A stretch of 54,640 bases of DNA, the filler included, from Sphacelaria rigidula (taxonomy: Eukaryota), in NCBI GenBank assembly GCA_964200075.2. It is 5 parts of 5 records of this genome, joined end to end, with 100 filler letters (N's around TTAATTAATTAA, not from the genome) between each part and the next. Parts side by side here need not be neighbours in the genome. Positions count along the whole stretch, not along the records: positions 1 to 10,850 come from CAXNAA020005800.1; positions 10,951 to 21,799 come from CAXNAA020005801.1; 3 more parts are not named here. One strand, written 5' to 3'. Within the stretch, counting starts at the first letter, position 1. Every line of letters starts with the position of its first letter. The position numbers and the translations under genes are program-made. Positions 1 to 13,302 of the stretch are shown in pieces. Below the pieces are notes generated by a model. It saw only the letters and a program-made list of their open reading frames with translations. It ran no database searches and was not told where the DNA came from.

Positions 1-3000
1 ACGAAGATTTTAATCCTCCGCGTTCTCATCCTCAATGAAAAGCACCATCCTCAACATAGATGATCGGCTGTTTCAGGGAAAGCACGGCTTTGGAGTTGAA
101 CCTCATTTTTTTTTCCAATCCCATTTTCGAGAATCCGCTGTTGGGTAGAAAATTGCGAATCCGTCTGAAAACTACATGTCCACTTCTAGACTGGCCCAGC
201 CTGTAGCTCACGTGTGGAGGCGAGCGTCACAAAATGTGGTGAACAGTCGTGGACAACGTTGGGAGGGAGTTAACACGTGTTTCGTGAGTGCACCGGCGAG
301 CACAAAACGACGATCAGCTGATTACGTAGGTTGAAAGGCACGAGAGCGTTTCCGCGTTCGGGTGTAGGTATACTGTATAGGCCAAAACACAACGGCGCTT
401 CTGATTGGTTTGCATCTATTCCGCTGGCGTCGTGTGTGCGAAGTTTGGTGCATGTATACTACTCTTTCGTACCACGAAGACTGACCAATCGGTGGATACC
501 TGTCATTTTCGTCGGATTTGAAACAACCAAGTCGTGTTTGGAGGCACACGCAACCGACGGCAGGAGTACTTCACACCCAGTTACGATGCGCGTGTCCGCT
601 GTCCGCACCGTATCCTTGCGCAGTATGTATTTTTTGTTCAGAAACATAATAAACCCTTCCCTTCCCTTCCTCGGGACGGGTCCGTAGTTTGAGGGAATCA
701 AACGATCTCTCCCTGGCACACGCTGTATGCTGTTGCATTCATGTCTTGGGGTGAAACGAGCAGTTGTATAAATGCTTGAAGGTGTTTCAACGACGGTAAA
801 ATCAGCAACACCTTGTATACCATGATCCCGGTTTGGTGACTTCATGCAGATTAGATAGGAGACCAACGAAACCCACATAGCATAGCAATGACGACGGTCC
901 AGAGAAGGGGGTGGGGGGTGAACCTCCCCGATGAGGAGTGTCGTTTTTTCATCCAGTGCTTGTCTCGATGCATCTGGTATGCTTATACGTATGGCTGTCC
1001 CTCGAGGGATCGAAAGATGGAACCTTGCGATTCTCAGTTATTTGGTTGGTGATATTTGAGGCCTTGAGTCTCGCCCGTAGTCGGACCCTGTGTTCATTTC
1101 TACTTGGCGTCGCGCGTTGAGTTCGAAAGCTGGGTGCCACCCCCTGAAGTCCGAATGGCGACCTGCGGCACCGGATCCTCTGAGGTTAGCCATATGTATT
1201 TTTTTCTTTATTATGTAGCCCTGTTTTGCTTGTATCGCGTTTTGTGAGTTTTTAATCTAGGTCTACTTTGGGGTTTTTTTGGTTTGTTGCTAGCCTGTGA
1301 CCGCGGAAGACGTCCGCATCAGATGCCCAGTACGAATGTACAGAGCAGATATCGGAACGGTTTTAAATGTGAAGACAACATCAACAACGCAGATTATAAG
1401 TGACGATCCCGAAGATCAGTGTACTCGATTTTCTTGAAATTGTGTTGCCTGGCCCTTGAACTTGGACAGGAAATCCTTGCGAATCGTTCATTCACGGCGG
1501 ATAATCCGACTCCATCATTTGCAATTTTTGTGTATGCGTTTCATTGCTCGTAGTCCTTCTCACCCTCGTTCACGGTTATCGCACGGGTATCAAGTTTTGA
1601 AGAGAAGACGAGGAGGTTGTAGACGTCACCCGCCGGGGCAATATATCACTCTTCGATGATCGAAACCGTGCACTGTTGGAAGTCTCTGTCGACATTTTTG
1701 CGACGACCTAGAGTGCATGCGCTTTTATCCAGAAAATATACGGAAGAGGTTCGAAAACTCGTTTTTCTGTGGGTTCAAGTTTGTCAGGCTGTACATATCT
1801 CGTGAATTTGACAATTAGGAAACTTGCTGTAGTTCTTTCGGCGTTTGCAGTTTCACACATGCGTTGTGGTGAAAAAATAGTGTTGCGAAGTGTCCAGGCT
1901 AAAATAAAAATGCGTTTCCGAACCTCCTGACGTGCTTTTGTGTGTTGAAGTTAACGTACTCCTGGTCGTGGCAAAAAGAGGGCTCGAGATTTCTCGAAGT
2001 GTTCGCACTTTCCATCATCAAAGGGTGATGGCCGTAAAGGGTGCATCCCCCCTATGATTTCATGGCGCCGCCAGTATCATTTACATTTGTTGGTGTCTCC
2101 GTCATGGAATCTGGTTGTGAGACACGACACATTTTACTGCACCGACCGTCATCGACACATGGAAGCAATCAGGGTCATGAACTTCTATTTTTGACGAGGA
2201 ACCTGACTGATAGTATACATCCTTCGCCGAGAAAAAGTACTCCCGCATCAACGGATCAACGTTTACGGGTCAGGGTTAGGAACAAGACCTAGCAGGCGAC
2301 GTATACAACGCTCGTCTGTGCCATCAATTTTTGGTGATGTGTTTTATTGGGCTGTCAAACAGGAGCAAGCATGGCCTAGTCTCCGCATCCTCCAGATCCA
2401 TCGTGCGTTCAGTCGTTCAGTCAGTAGCCATGCGACGGGGGGTTGGACTATTTTCCTCGTCAGTCTACATCGATTTCAAACAAGAAGAGAGGCAAAAAAG
2501 GAAACAAAGGAAGAGTAAAATTGTGTTGTGTGGGGTGCGGTTGGGTTTTGGGGTGCTTTTTTTTCTTGCACCAGGTAACATGCGATGGCTCTACACACGA
2601 ACTGCAGTACTGCCGTTACTAATGCGTCTTGTGATTAAGTGAAAACATTTTGTGCCCACCTTCGTAGTGGTGTTCGTAGTTCGTGATACTGCCCACGGGC
2701 GCGATGACGGCTTCATGGTTCGCGAGCTGTTGTTTTATCGTGCCACACGGTGAGGCACTATACGCACAGACTTCGTTGAGTACGTGCATGAGATGATACT
2801 CTCGACCAAAGGGTTGCTTCGAAGGCACTGTGATGCTTGCCAAGTTTTTGAATGCAACATCAACAGGTTCAAACTTTCAATCCCTTGCACGACGAGCGTC
2901 GGGTCGGAACAGTTTCACAGGCTGACAGTTCGGAGACATCCGGGGGTTTCCCACGGTCGGGAGGGGTGGTTTCCCGGGCCGGGGGGCGGGGGGTGATCTG

Positions 3001-3929
3001 TCCGCAGGACAGCGGGGCAGCTCACTAAGTCATCCATGTGTGTTGGAAGTTTCCCGTGGAAGATTGTGAGCCACGAGCGTGGCCCGAGATGTGCAGGATG
3101 ACCGTTCTGACCAATCATGGCCGTCAAAATGAACACGTAGTGCCCCTACAGGTGGACTACAGGTGGACTACTTCGCTGTCTACCCGTATTTCTCATTTCG
3201 GCCATGGTGATTCAACCATAGATTCCATGGGCACACACACGTGTTTTGTACTCTGTTTCAGGTCTGTTCCGCCTGTCCGACGCCTCATGTGTTGCCAGCA
3301 TAATATATCTTAACAGTGTAACGTTGTGGAACAGTAAGCAGACAATCAGCAGCATGCAGTAAATTGTGTTCAGTAGAGAGCGATCGCACGCTGACTATTT
3401 GTTGCAGTTGTATCCAGCGGAGACATGCCGCACCAAAACTGACTTTGCACGCGATTGACTGCACGGTCAAAATTGGTCAGGGGTTTTCGGCAACGATGTG
3501 TTCTATAGATCCCCAGCGTCAACATGACATATAAAAAGTGTTTCTCGTGCAGGGAGAAAAGAGCTGTTCTGAACCCCAAATGTGACATAGTCCATCTCGC
3601 TCCACCTGCGGGGGGGGGCGCTCTCTGAGGGTTAAGCAAGGCTAGGTGCCTTTTTTATCGTCCGCAGATGTGTCTATTGACGTCTACGGTAGAATTTTCC
3701 ATGTCTAACCATGTGCCTCACTCGTGTGCCCCCCTCTGCGATGGGGTGTTGAATCCCAGTGCATGGGTGAGATACTGGTATACTTGCAATGTATACAACC
3801 GCCACCGACTATTGTACCTGGTGAAGCAACCGGCGGCAGTCCACAAGGTTTACAAGTATTACGTAGCGGTAAACAAAATGTTCCGTCAAGCTACTCGTCT
3901 GTCCGTGCTGTCCCCTTCGCTCGGCACAG

Positions 3930-4001
3930 GTGATATCCCCGAAGAGCTGGGAGAGCTGACCGCTTTGAAAACCCTGTGGCTGCATGAAAATCGGCTGACA
4001 G
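3930..4001 (+). CDS. Single 72-nt leucine-rich-repeat exon (one 24-aa LRR, phase 1-1), of the type found in brown algal ROCO/LRR genes; rest of gene not found in this contig
   Basis: Acceptor ...tccccttcgctcggcacag|, donor |gtgagc, exactly 72 nt. Encodes (G)DIPEELGELTALKTLWLHENRLT(G), matching the plant-specific LRR consensus GxIPxELGxLxxLxxLxLxxNxLT. Confidence 0.9.
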
Positions 4002-4444
4002 GTGAGCTACTTTGTAACGAGATAAGAGTTTTGTTGTTTTCGGCGTGGAAGTCAGTACCTAGCCGAGTGCGAAACGTTGTACGATGCGCCATGTCAGATA
4101 TGCTGTTTCGCGTCGTGTGTTGGTGCGGTGCTCGTGCTTCCTGTCGGGACCCGACATTGTGCTGTGGGCTGGGCCGGCCAAGCTTTGTGTACTCTGTGTA
4201 GCAAGGTTGAGCAGTAGAGTCTCCTTTTTCATCTCTCTTCTGAGGTACACCGTCCCTGTGGTATGAGGTAATTTTCGGAGCACTCTACCCTTCGTCCTTT
4301 GGCGAGCTGCTTTGGTCCGCTTTACCGACTCGAAATGTACGGCGCGTTTCCATCGAACTCCACAGTAGTTGAATACTAACAAACGCTTTCGAAGAACTAC
4401 CTACACTACAGTATTTGAGAAAACGTGTGCCCATTTTTATCACA

Positions 4445-4990
4445 TCCGGAGCCCACCCACCCGAAATCGCAGTTTCAGTTCTTTCGCCGCGTCCATTGGG
4501 CCATGCAGATATGTTTAAATCCCTATCCCCTCTGTCAAGCCTGTGTAAATTTTCAGGTGATCTTCCCCGTCTACTTTACTTCTGAGCATTTTGTTTTGCC
4601 TCATGTCTATCATGTCTCTTGTACCCCGCACCTTCACCTATGGACTGTATTCCGTGTCGGTTCCCTCAATCTCTTTCTAAACTTTCTCGACTTCTCTGTC
4701 GCACCTTACCCCAACCTGCCCTTTCGCTACTTCATTCCACAAAGCCCTATAACTATGGCTAGAAATATCTCTGCATAATTTCCACGCTATATCGCCGTCT
4801 CAGTGTCCTCATGTCCCTATTTATTTTTAGGTGGGTACATTCACAACTCTGCTCTCAAAGCTGTATTACTCGTCGTTTTCGAGCACCCGAGTATTTTCTT
4901 AGCTGCTGCAATCGCTACTGTTTCCAACTTCTTCACCAACTTCATGTTCCCATCCCACACTTTCGCATATTCCAACTTCGGTATAATCAA
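4445..4990 (-). mobile_element. Degenerate 3' fragment of a non-LTR retrotransposon (LINE) ORF2, C-terminal to the RT core
   Basis: Minus-strand translation gives IIPKLEYAKVWDGNMKLVKKLETVAIAAAKKILGCSKTTSNTALRAEL and ...LKIYTGLTEGIGI*TYLHGPMDAAKELKLRFRVG. The PxLEY..VW / LE / KILG pattern is typical of the LINE RT thumb region. Stops and frameshifts are present. Confidence 0.75.
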
Positions 4991-5221
4991 GTATGCAGGC
5001 GTGGGATTTTTCATTTACGGGTGTAACTTCATCTTCGGAGGCACTCTATAAGATGCGCACAGCTATACTGCAAGCATGGCTAGTAACATTGAAAGCGCTG
5101 AAGATCAACGGTCTGCGGCAATGCACGACTAGCTCTCTAAAGAAAACATCGCGCTCGTGGCAAAATGCGTCGAGAAAGAACACTCGAAATGACGGGTGTG
5201 CATAATTGCAGCTCTCCATCA

Positions 5222-5562
5222 TACCACAATTTCCGTACCAGTACTCTCACCCTAACCCTCACGCTATCCCTAAGGCAGAAGATGCGAGACATGGCGGTGT
5301 CGGATTTTCAAAACTCCCGGCCATACGCGACATCAGGCGTTGGGAGTTGAACATTGCAAAACCAAAGAGGAGAAAGTTTGGCTGCTGAGACTTCGAGTCG
5401 GAGTGCCAGATAATTGATTCCGGTGTGCATGTTTGCGGCGCTCCTTAGCACCAGGGTTTCCGAACCAGCACCCACACTCCAACCCTGACCCTAGCCCTAA
5501 ACCTGAGGGAAAAGATGCAAAACGTGACGGCTTGGGATTTTCAAAAGCCGGCGATACGCGAC
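5222..5562 (+). repeat. Two diverged direct copies (~110 nt) with embedded telomere-like CCCTAA motifs
   Basis: 5222-5330 (tttccgtaccag...aagatgcgagac...gattttcaaaa...atacgcgac) aligns by eye with 5450-5562 (tttccgaaccag...aagatgcaaaac...gattttcaaaa...atacgcgac). Confidence 0.6.
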
Positions 5563-7714
5563 CGTTGCTGGATGGCGTCCTTATCCGTGCACCCCGTAGT
5601 CCCCATGGCTTGCTGAAAGACGAGTGAAATAGACCGTAGAGAAGTCAAAATTTCGTGATGATGGGCCGGCACGTCCGCCAGAGTTGCGTTCCACGCCCTA
5701 TGCCGCTTTACAGTTCCCACGGCTTCAGCGTGAGACTCGAATGGGCAGAGTACGATTCTGGTACGTCCTCTTGGTACCATATAAGTACTTGTGAATATTT
5801 AGGCTTAGTGCTGTACCAAGGAATAGCCTGCGTCCGAACCTCTTAGCTCCCGCGACCATTGAAGCTGTAGTCAACGCTGTCTGTTGTCTGTTATCGTTCC
5901 TGTCGATGTACCTTTTCATAATCTAGTTATTAACGGGCTCCACAGTAGTGCCCACATTTTGTTCTTGTCACACTTTGAACCCCTCCCCTTCCTCGGGATG
6001 AGTCCGTGGTCTCAAGGGATCAACACATCTCTCCCCCGGTACGTGCCTTTCATTTTGATCTCGCGGATTGGATCAGCACTCCCGCACCGCGTCAACTCAC
6101 GTCACACAAGAAACTCAGTCGACTTCTTCTGTTTACTCACGTTCTCACGCTTTCCACGGTGGAAATCATACATGTTGAGGATGGCCGATGTGAGCCCGTA
6201 TCTCAGTCCCTATTCTGGGCATGCTCCCAAGGAAACGTCAATTTCGTGGTGACGCCTTGCGATGGAGGGTCAAAGTTATTTCCTGTATACAGTGCATGGG
6301 GTTCCACGGAACACAGTCCTCGACTCACAAGCTGCGTGATGTCTATTCCAAGGATATACCATGGCAGCGCCCGGCGCGTTGATGGTCGGTACACGCGGAC
6401 AAGTGAATGTTTTCTTTGCTCATCTCTGGAGTGATCGTTAAAGTGTTCCTACCGCAAAAACAAAACGCAAGCGCGCAAAAAAACACGGTAACCTGGTTGC
6501 CTAGCTCACGCAGTGAGTGGCGTGTGTTACAGCGTCATCGCCAACCGACGCCAACCCCATCGGGAGTCCGCCCCTACAAAGCCGGGGCGGAGCACGCCGA
6601 GTTCTCGCACCGCCCATGAAAACAGCGCTTCGCTGGTCAAGCGCTGGTTAATATTGTTGCTGTACGGCCTGGTTTACATTTTTCATCCCGAATGTGCGCA
6701 TATACGTTGTCCATGGGATTATCCTGAAGTTTCCGTGAGAGGTTTGAAGATTTAGCGTTGAGAGCAATATGAAGGGTTGCACCGATCGAGTAAGCAAAAG
6801 TGTATGTGTATTTTTTATCCAACAAATGTGTCGTTTCGAGCGTAGCCCTTACTGTGCCATGTTCCATCAGGTGTCTCACGCTTGTGCTACAACGTATTTT
6901 TCAGTGAATCCGTGCGAATCGTGACGAAAAATGTATTAACGGACTCGATCGATTGAATGCCGAAAATGAAGTGATCCCCCAGAGTTTCAGGCGTGGTCAA
7001 GAGGTACACGTGCCCGAGGAAATAAAAACGGGAGCACTCGCCATACAAAACTTGATGACGAGGAAAGATTAGGAATATCAAGTAAGATTTGAGCAACCAG
7101 AGTGAACTCAAGAAAGGCGAGATACGACTTTATATGGACAGAAAATGGGGCAAAGGGAAGAAGGGGAAGGGAAGGGAAGGGAATTATGAGTAGGGAAAGA
7201 AGGTCCCAATAAAAAACAAATGTTGACAAAATGACACCGACGCTGAATGCTATAAAAACCAAACGTGCCAACTTGCTTCATCTGGTCGGTGACGATGAGT
7301 ATTCTACGGGAAGACCAGAAAACTGTCAGATGATGGTGCTTGAATCGGATGACAACAATGAAAACCTCGCAAGGCCATCTCTGTGCCGAGCGTAGATGAT
7401 GATCAAGTTGCAAGACCACCTCCGGAGCGGACGGAAGTCGTACCACAAAACGTCGATGCGGTCGGCGAAAGTGGTTTATATCGTCTGCATATTTGCTACG
7501 ATATGCGGTGTGGGGGACGAGGTGTTCGATCCACAGGAACAAGGACTCAGAAGTGCGTCAGACTACCTGACACTCTCGCGGTGCGCTTGTGTTTGGGGAA
7601 ACACGGTGTCCAAAAGTATGAACGAGCGTCACCTATCGGTAAGAAGCGCGTTCGAACAGCCGTCACTGCATTCAACGACGAAATGAAGTGGAACTTTATA
7701 AAATAAATCCCCCC

Positions 7715-7793
7715 CCCCCCCCCTCTCCCTGCGAGGTCAATGGTCTGATGACTATGGCATGCATGATCATGAGTACACCCCCCCCCTCTCCCT
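7715..7793 (+). mobile_element. Short poly-C-associated element (variant B), flanked by a 16-nt direct repeat
   Basis: Core gcgaggtcaatggtctgatgactatggcatgcatgatcatgagtaca (7731-7777) lies between two copies of C9-TCTCCCT (7715-7730, 7778-7793). A near-identical core occurs at 17334-17372. Confidence 0.75.
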
Positions 7794-9299
7794 TATCCTA
7801 CCTAGCATGGCACCAACTCAGGAAGGACGAGCAAAACGGCAGCGTGTCGTGTTTTCTCTCCTCTTTTTCATACCATGTGCGCAACAACAGATATACCGCA
7901 GTACACACGCTTTGAAAGTGTTGAAGGCGATTCGATCACGTATGAAATGTGCCCATCGCGAGGACTCCTTCCACGCACGATAGTAGGACTTAGCCGCGTA
8001 CATGCTTCGTGTGCTAACCACGGCATACCATGCTTTCACACTCTCGATAATTTTTTACATCGTTTGCCTGCTTCACCTTGTTCGTCGCCGTTCGCAAGAT
8101 GTGGGCATCTGGGAGCTGTGAAAAATTGGCTGCAGCAGCGACATGTGCTGTAATGGGGGGTAATCGAACCAGCTCCACCGTGGGCTGACTGTGTTGTTGT
8201 CGAAGAAGCCGTGGAGATGTGGCACGGTTGGTCACGTCGTCCCTGTGGATCACAGCATACTGAAAGGATTCACGGACCACGGTATATCATTCCTGGCACT
8301 TCACATTTTTAAAAATGTCCGAGATGCATGCGTTACAATTGGTGGAACGACAGTATGTAACCCGACTTCAGAACAATATTTTTCGCCGCAGAATCCCTCG
8401 TCGTTCCCGTCGTCAATTTTCCGTGAGAGTCTGCCACCCCAGAATCTCTTGAATGGGATAAGGACAGTGAAATCAGCAGATTCCTGACATATTTTGGGGA
8501 AAGTCAGACTGTTGTTCATGAAGTCGACGTGGACGGGTGCACTTGCGTAAGCTTTCAGTGGAGGGAGGAGGGGTTGGGCTGTGTGTATGGTGGGCTGGCA
8601 TGTTATTGCTGGTTTCGGACAAGCACTTTTTAATAGCATGTGTTTCCGCCGACACGATTACCAGAAGTGTGCCGTGATACTATGCTGGCTTATTGTACTT
8701 TTGGTATGCTGGTTTTAGTACGAGTGTTTCATTTGTACCCACTACGGGACTAGGGGTCGGTAGGTGCAACATGAACAACGGGGGACTTCGAATTTGTATT
8801 CCAACTACCGTTCGTTGATGCCGTTTGTCCCACTGAACACCGTGTGTGTACGACCGGCGTTTGGATGATACAATCGCACCCTGTGGTCCTGTGCGAATCG
8901 CACTGATTTTACAGGAATCCTCTGTGATACATATTCGTCCATAGGTCTCCATCGTATCAACAGTGGCATTTTGGACCGGTCCCTTCCTCGGGACGAGTTC
9001 ATATTGTAGTATAGAGAGACCAACCCGTCTCTCTCCGATACCAGCTTTACATTTTGTTATGGCGGATTGGATCATGACTAAAGTTACCGCACCGCGTCGA
9101 TTTATGTCGATTTTATCCTTCCTACTCATGTCTCCGAATTTTCAGACCATTTGTCGTGCAATTTCATATCTTTCCGCAGCTCAAAAGGTGATTTGAACAC
9201 GTTCGCACGGTGTTCTGTTCCTGAAAACTTGCTGAACTGGCCCTGCTCCCATCAGGGTGGTTTAGTCACACGAGCTGTGCCAGCCTTAAAGCGGATTTG

Positions 9300-10850
9300 T
9301 AGTTTGCAGGCGAATTCGCATTTTTTTACTTGGAGAAGGTCAGTAAAATTTGGTATGGACAATCAAAAGTGCATGAAGGAAAGCTGTCTGTGGGGTCCCA
9401 ATTTTTTTTTTTGTACTTTAACGGCATTTTACTGAACCTGAACCCTTACGGAACTCACAATGGAAAATTGACCGTTTGAAATTGACGGTTTTTGAGCAAG
9501 ATATGGTTGATGGTTTTACAGCTCAGACGCAACAACATTCACCCAATGCGTATGACACGTGGAACAAAAGGAGATTTACTATTTTCCGATGTGCCGTACC
9601 GTTTCCTGGAACCCATTGCTATTTTTTGGATGGAATGTTTCATGGTGTTTTTGCTGATTATCGTGGATGGATACAATTGGACACGCATCATCCGCTGCGT
9701 GGTATGATCGGACAAAGCTCACCCGACCTCTCCAGGGAGGGCATTTTTCGTGCACTCGCCGCGTGTGCTACTAGATTCTTCTTCGGTCTTCCATTGAAAA
9801 ATGGATTCCGTCGGCCTTTTCTGCTTCTATCTTTTCCTCTTCGTCCGGGCTTTTCATAATGAGGCGTTTGGCCGGGGGAGAGGAGGGGAGATTTCCAAAA
9901 GGGTTAGAACTGATTATTGCCCTTGACTCATGAAAAAAATTGGAACCCCACAGACAGCTTTTCTTGATGCCCTGTTGATTGTCCATACCAAAGTCCACTG
10001 TCCAACTCTTGGTGAAAAAATTGCAAATTCGCCTTTTGAAAACCGGGCCGGCGGAAATCCGGAACAGTATTTTGCAGGCCGTTTACCGGCCCACGTTTGA
10101 TCTTTGTATATTGACACTATGTGCGGGACCTCGCTAGATCATGATGACTCAAGAAAAATGGGTAAGGTTTTCATCCATTTTTTTCACTGGTCGAGGGTGT
10201 TTTAGTATGGTAACGACCATTGTTTTAGGAGAACGCCCGAATCCCCCCTCCAAAAACAAAAAAAATAGAAACGAAGGCCCATTTTTTTCTTCAATCAGCA
10301 TACCTCAGTCGTTATCCATGCTGAGTTTCAAGTCACATTTTTAGAAATCGAGCTAAAAAAATGATATAATGCCCAACAGCAATGTTCATGTCTCCTCAAA
10401 AATCCCCTAAAAACACGATAAAATTGGAAAAAAAAATCGAAAAAAAACGAAAAGACTGTATTTTTTGTTTCGTAATGCACTAGCGGTTCTCCATACCAAA
10501 TTTCGTGGCACAACTTCCAAAAACTGAGAGGCGATGTCGGGATTTAGGCCATTCAGTGCCTCTGCTCGTAATATACTGATTTATTATGGAACTTTATGTG
10601 CGCCATATCTGGAGATAGATTACGAATTAGGTAAAGGTGAGGGTATCTATCGTCTCCCCGTGCTCCAGAGGAGGTCCACACGACGAATCGTCATCATACG
10701 CTGGACGCATCGTTCGGGGTTTCACATAGATTTTAGTGTGGACGCTATCTCCGTACGGTACAGGAAGTACGAGACATGACGAGGAAAAATTCGCCCAGAT
10801 TTTTGAGCAGTTGGGCACCTTCCCCTTGATTAGACGATTAATACGATATG
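9300..10850 (-). mobile_element. Partial copy of the non-autonomous TACGAGCTGGGCCAGCCTA TIR family, cut by the contig end
   Basis: The reverse complement of 10040-10850 is collinear with 42060-42870. An internal inverted repeat (~9300-9415 vs ~9925-10035) is in the equivalent position to that of the 41983-43171 copy. Confidence 0.75.
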
Positions 10851-10950
10851 NNNNNNNNNNNNNNNNNNNNNNNNNNNNNNNNNNNNNNNNNNNNTTAATT
10901 AATTAANNNNNNNNNNNNNNNNNNNNNNNNNNNNNNNNNNNNNNNNNNNN
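10851..10950. other. Artificial contig spacer
   Basis: N44-TTAATTAATTAA-N44 (stop codons in all six frames). Confidence 0.99.
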
Positions 10951-11030
10951 GGGTACTCATTTGTTGCTTGCCTTAGTCGTTTGACCATTGACCACGCATC
11001 CCTTTCGAGACGGAGCAGGGGGGGGGAGGG
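10951..11030 (-). mobile_element. Short poly-C-associated element (variant A), minus strand; the contig starts inside its tail
   Basis: Reverse complement reads C-run + tgctccgtctcgaaagggatgcgtggtcaatggtcaaacgactaaggcaagcaacaaatgagtaccc, matching 13364-13447. Confidence 0.8.
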
Positions 11031-11242
11031 AGTGTTCGTGCTTGAAACAAACGACACGCGAGTTTTGTCTCAAGGCATTTTACATTGCACCTTGCCATCA
11101 AATCTGGACATCCGTGAACATCTTAATCGCTGTATGATGCGTACCACAGTTGTTACAGAGCACGAACGGCCCGCTACAAGTCGAGGGGAGATAATCAGGG
11201 CGCAAGGCCCTCCTCATGCCTACTGGATCATGACCTGCTTAC

Positions 11243-11323
11243 CTTAGCCCCCGCCCCCAGCAGGAACGCTCCCATGGAAGCCGCGCACCCGAAGCATACG
11301 GTAGACACATCACATGGCACGTA
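11243..11323 (-). CDS. clpP: ATP-dependent Clp protease proteolytic subunit, exon 5 (catalytic Ser motif); later exons lie off the contig
   Basis: tag|[27 protein letters not shown]|gtaagc, 81 nt, phase 0-0. Contains the GxAASMG active-site serine motif. Confidence 0.95.
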
Positions 11324-12937
11324 CTACCACAGCAATAGCATTCAGGAAACACGGGGAATGAGGAGAGAGAGGGGCGGGGAATGGGATGCGGACATGGCAA
11401 GCACGGCAAGAACGCGGACGTCCTGATTGATTTGTTGGTAACATGTCGAGAGGGGTAGTCTTGCAAAAACAGGCGGGAGCGGCCATGGCCAACGCGACTG
11501 TTCCATGTCAGCTGATCGTTGACATGTCATAGATGACATTTGCATGACACATATTTATGCGGGGCAACGAGTTTGGGTATATGCAATGGGATGCTGTAGT
11601 ACACCAAGTTAGAAAAGCCGGCACCAATGGTTTGGCTTGTTTCCTCGTCATGAAGCGTTTCCTGTTGCGTGACGATGCTTATTCAACCACTGTTCGCTGC
11701 CTGTTCCAAGTTGTTGTTTTTTCGGAATCATGTAGTCCTGCAGACGTTGTCGTTCATGTACATACATCGAAATGTCAGTATTCTTTCCTGTCGGTGTTAC
11801 ATTCACGACGCAGGACTGAAACTAGTAGGGTTTAATCCGATAGTAGTGCAGTATCTTCCGACATATGCACGCCCCCAGTCGACTCTCATCATGGTGCATA
11901 CATCGCTTCGCATGCACTCAAAGAGGCAGGAGGGAGAAGCCGGTACGACCTCCGAGGGCACGACAGTCGAGGGGGTTCACTGGTATAATTGATGACTCTT
12001 TTACCCGAAATCTCGGAATGCTTCGGAATAGATGCACGCAAGACTGTAAAATCATAGCGTCGGACGGAATTTTACACCCTTCTTTTGTTTTCAACATATC
12101 GGGAACAAAAATCTATTTTTTTCGGGGAAGCGCGAATAAATGTGAAACAAAAAATGTTGATCAAGAGACTACTTACCCGATGAACACGTCGAAAACACGA
12201 GACGAACGGAGCTGAGCCAGCCGGTCAGGCAGACAGTCTATCGATCAATCATTCAGCCACAGTCTCCGTGCGCCGCCGAAGATGTCTTCTTTCAACCCTT
12301 TGAGAACCCATTGACGATTTTTGTTATCATGAATCGGCCTCATTTTGACTTGAAAAATGACTGAAAATGATGCTGATTCACAACAACAAAATCGTCAATG
12401 GGAACGCAACATTCGTCTACTAACTGTTTGTCCGCGTGTACGCTGTACCACTCAACGCATGCGTTGTTTCCGACAGGCAAACATACCTCATCCCTTTCAT
12501 TTTGCGCGAATGAACATAATACAGTGTACGCACTGTAGTATACCACCACATCATTCTGCAGAAGAGTACTCATCTCTCTCGTTTCCCCACTGACTGCCAC
12601 TCACCGGGGTTCCGGTCGTCGAAATGGTGGATAATGACTAGTTTGGGAAAATATTGTGGTCTCGAATTCTGACAGGTTTCAAATGATTTTTTCGGTTTGA
12701 GAAAATGCAAGAGGTTTTTCTCCCCGCGTTTCCGTCGTATGAAAAGCGGAGATGACGGTGAAACAAGGACCGACCAAAATCGACAGGCTGCGATAGGATA
12801 GCGCTGGTTCACTTCAAAACGAGAGAACGTGGAAGTCTAGGTGCCGGGGAACAAACGACACAAGCCTCTCTGGCTGCGGTCTCGACCCAGAGGACCGAGT
12901 AGGGTACAAGTACGACAACAACTAATCAGAGCGGTAC

Positions 12938-13078
12938 CTGCATGGTGTCATAGATGGCCATGCCCGCGGACACGGACCCCCCGGGGGAGTTGATGTAAAT
13001 GGTGATGTCCTTCTCGGGGTCATCGTTGGCCAGGTACAGCAGCTGGGCCACCAAAATATTTGCCACCTCATCATTCAC
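12938..13078 (-). CDS. clpP: ClpP exon 4
   Basis: aag|[47 protein letters not shown]|gtaccg, 141 nt. Contains the hallmark YINSPGG motif. Confidence 0.97.
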
Positions 13079-13271
13079 CTTAACAACGTCGGTATAAAAC
13101 GAAAGAGGGAGGGGAGCGGAACCATCTTCGTTTCACCCGAATAAACGAGGAGAATAGTTCAAGAGTTGAAGGTACAATGTCCTGATTCGTACACACACGT
13201 GCCACACTATGGTGCCATCACATGCCCCCTGAACGACGGAAGTCATCAGTGAAAATTGGAACGATACAGTG

Positions 13272-13302
<31 letters not shown>

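Noticed and set aside
3668..4201. 177-aa ORF as a complete gene
   Set aside because: Only the 72-nt LRR exon is protein-like; the rest is intron read-through.
7300..7706. Possible second LINE fragment (LLRYAVWG)
   Set aside because: A single weak motif with no supporting context.
10895..10906. TTAATTAATTAA recurring every ~10.95 kb as a biological periodic motif
   Set aside because: It is embedded in N-runs and is an assembly linker.
3930..11323. LRR exon nested antisense in a ClpP intron
   Set aside because: The two lie on different contigs separated by an artificial spacer.
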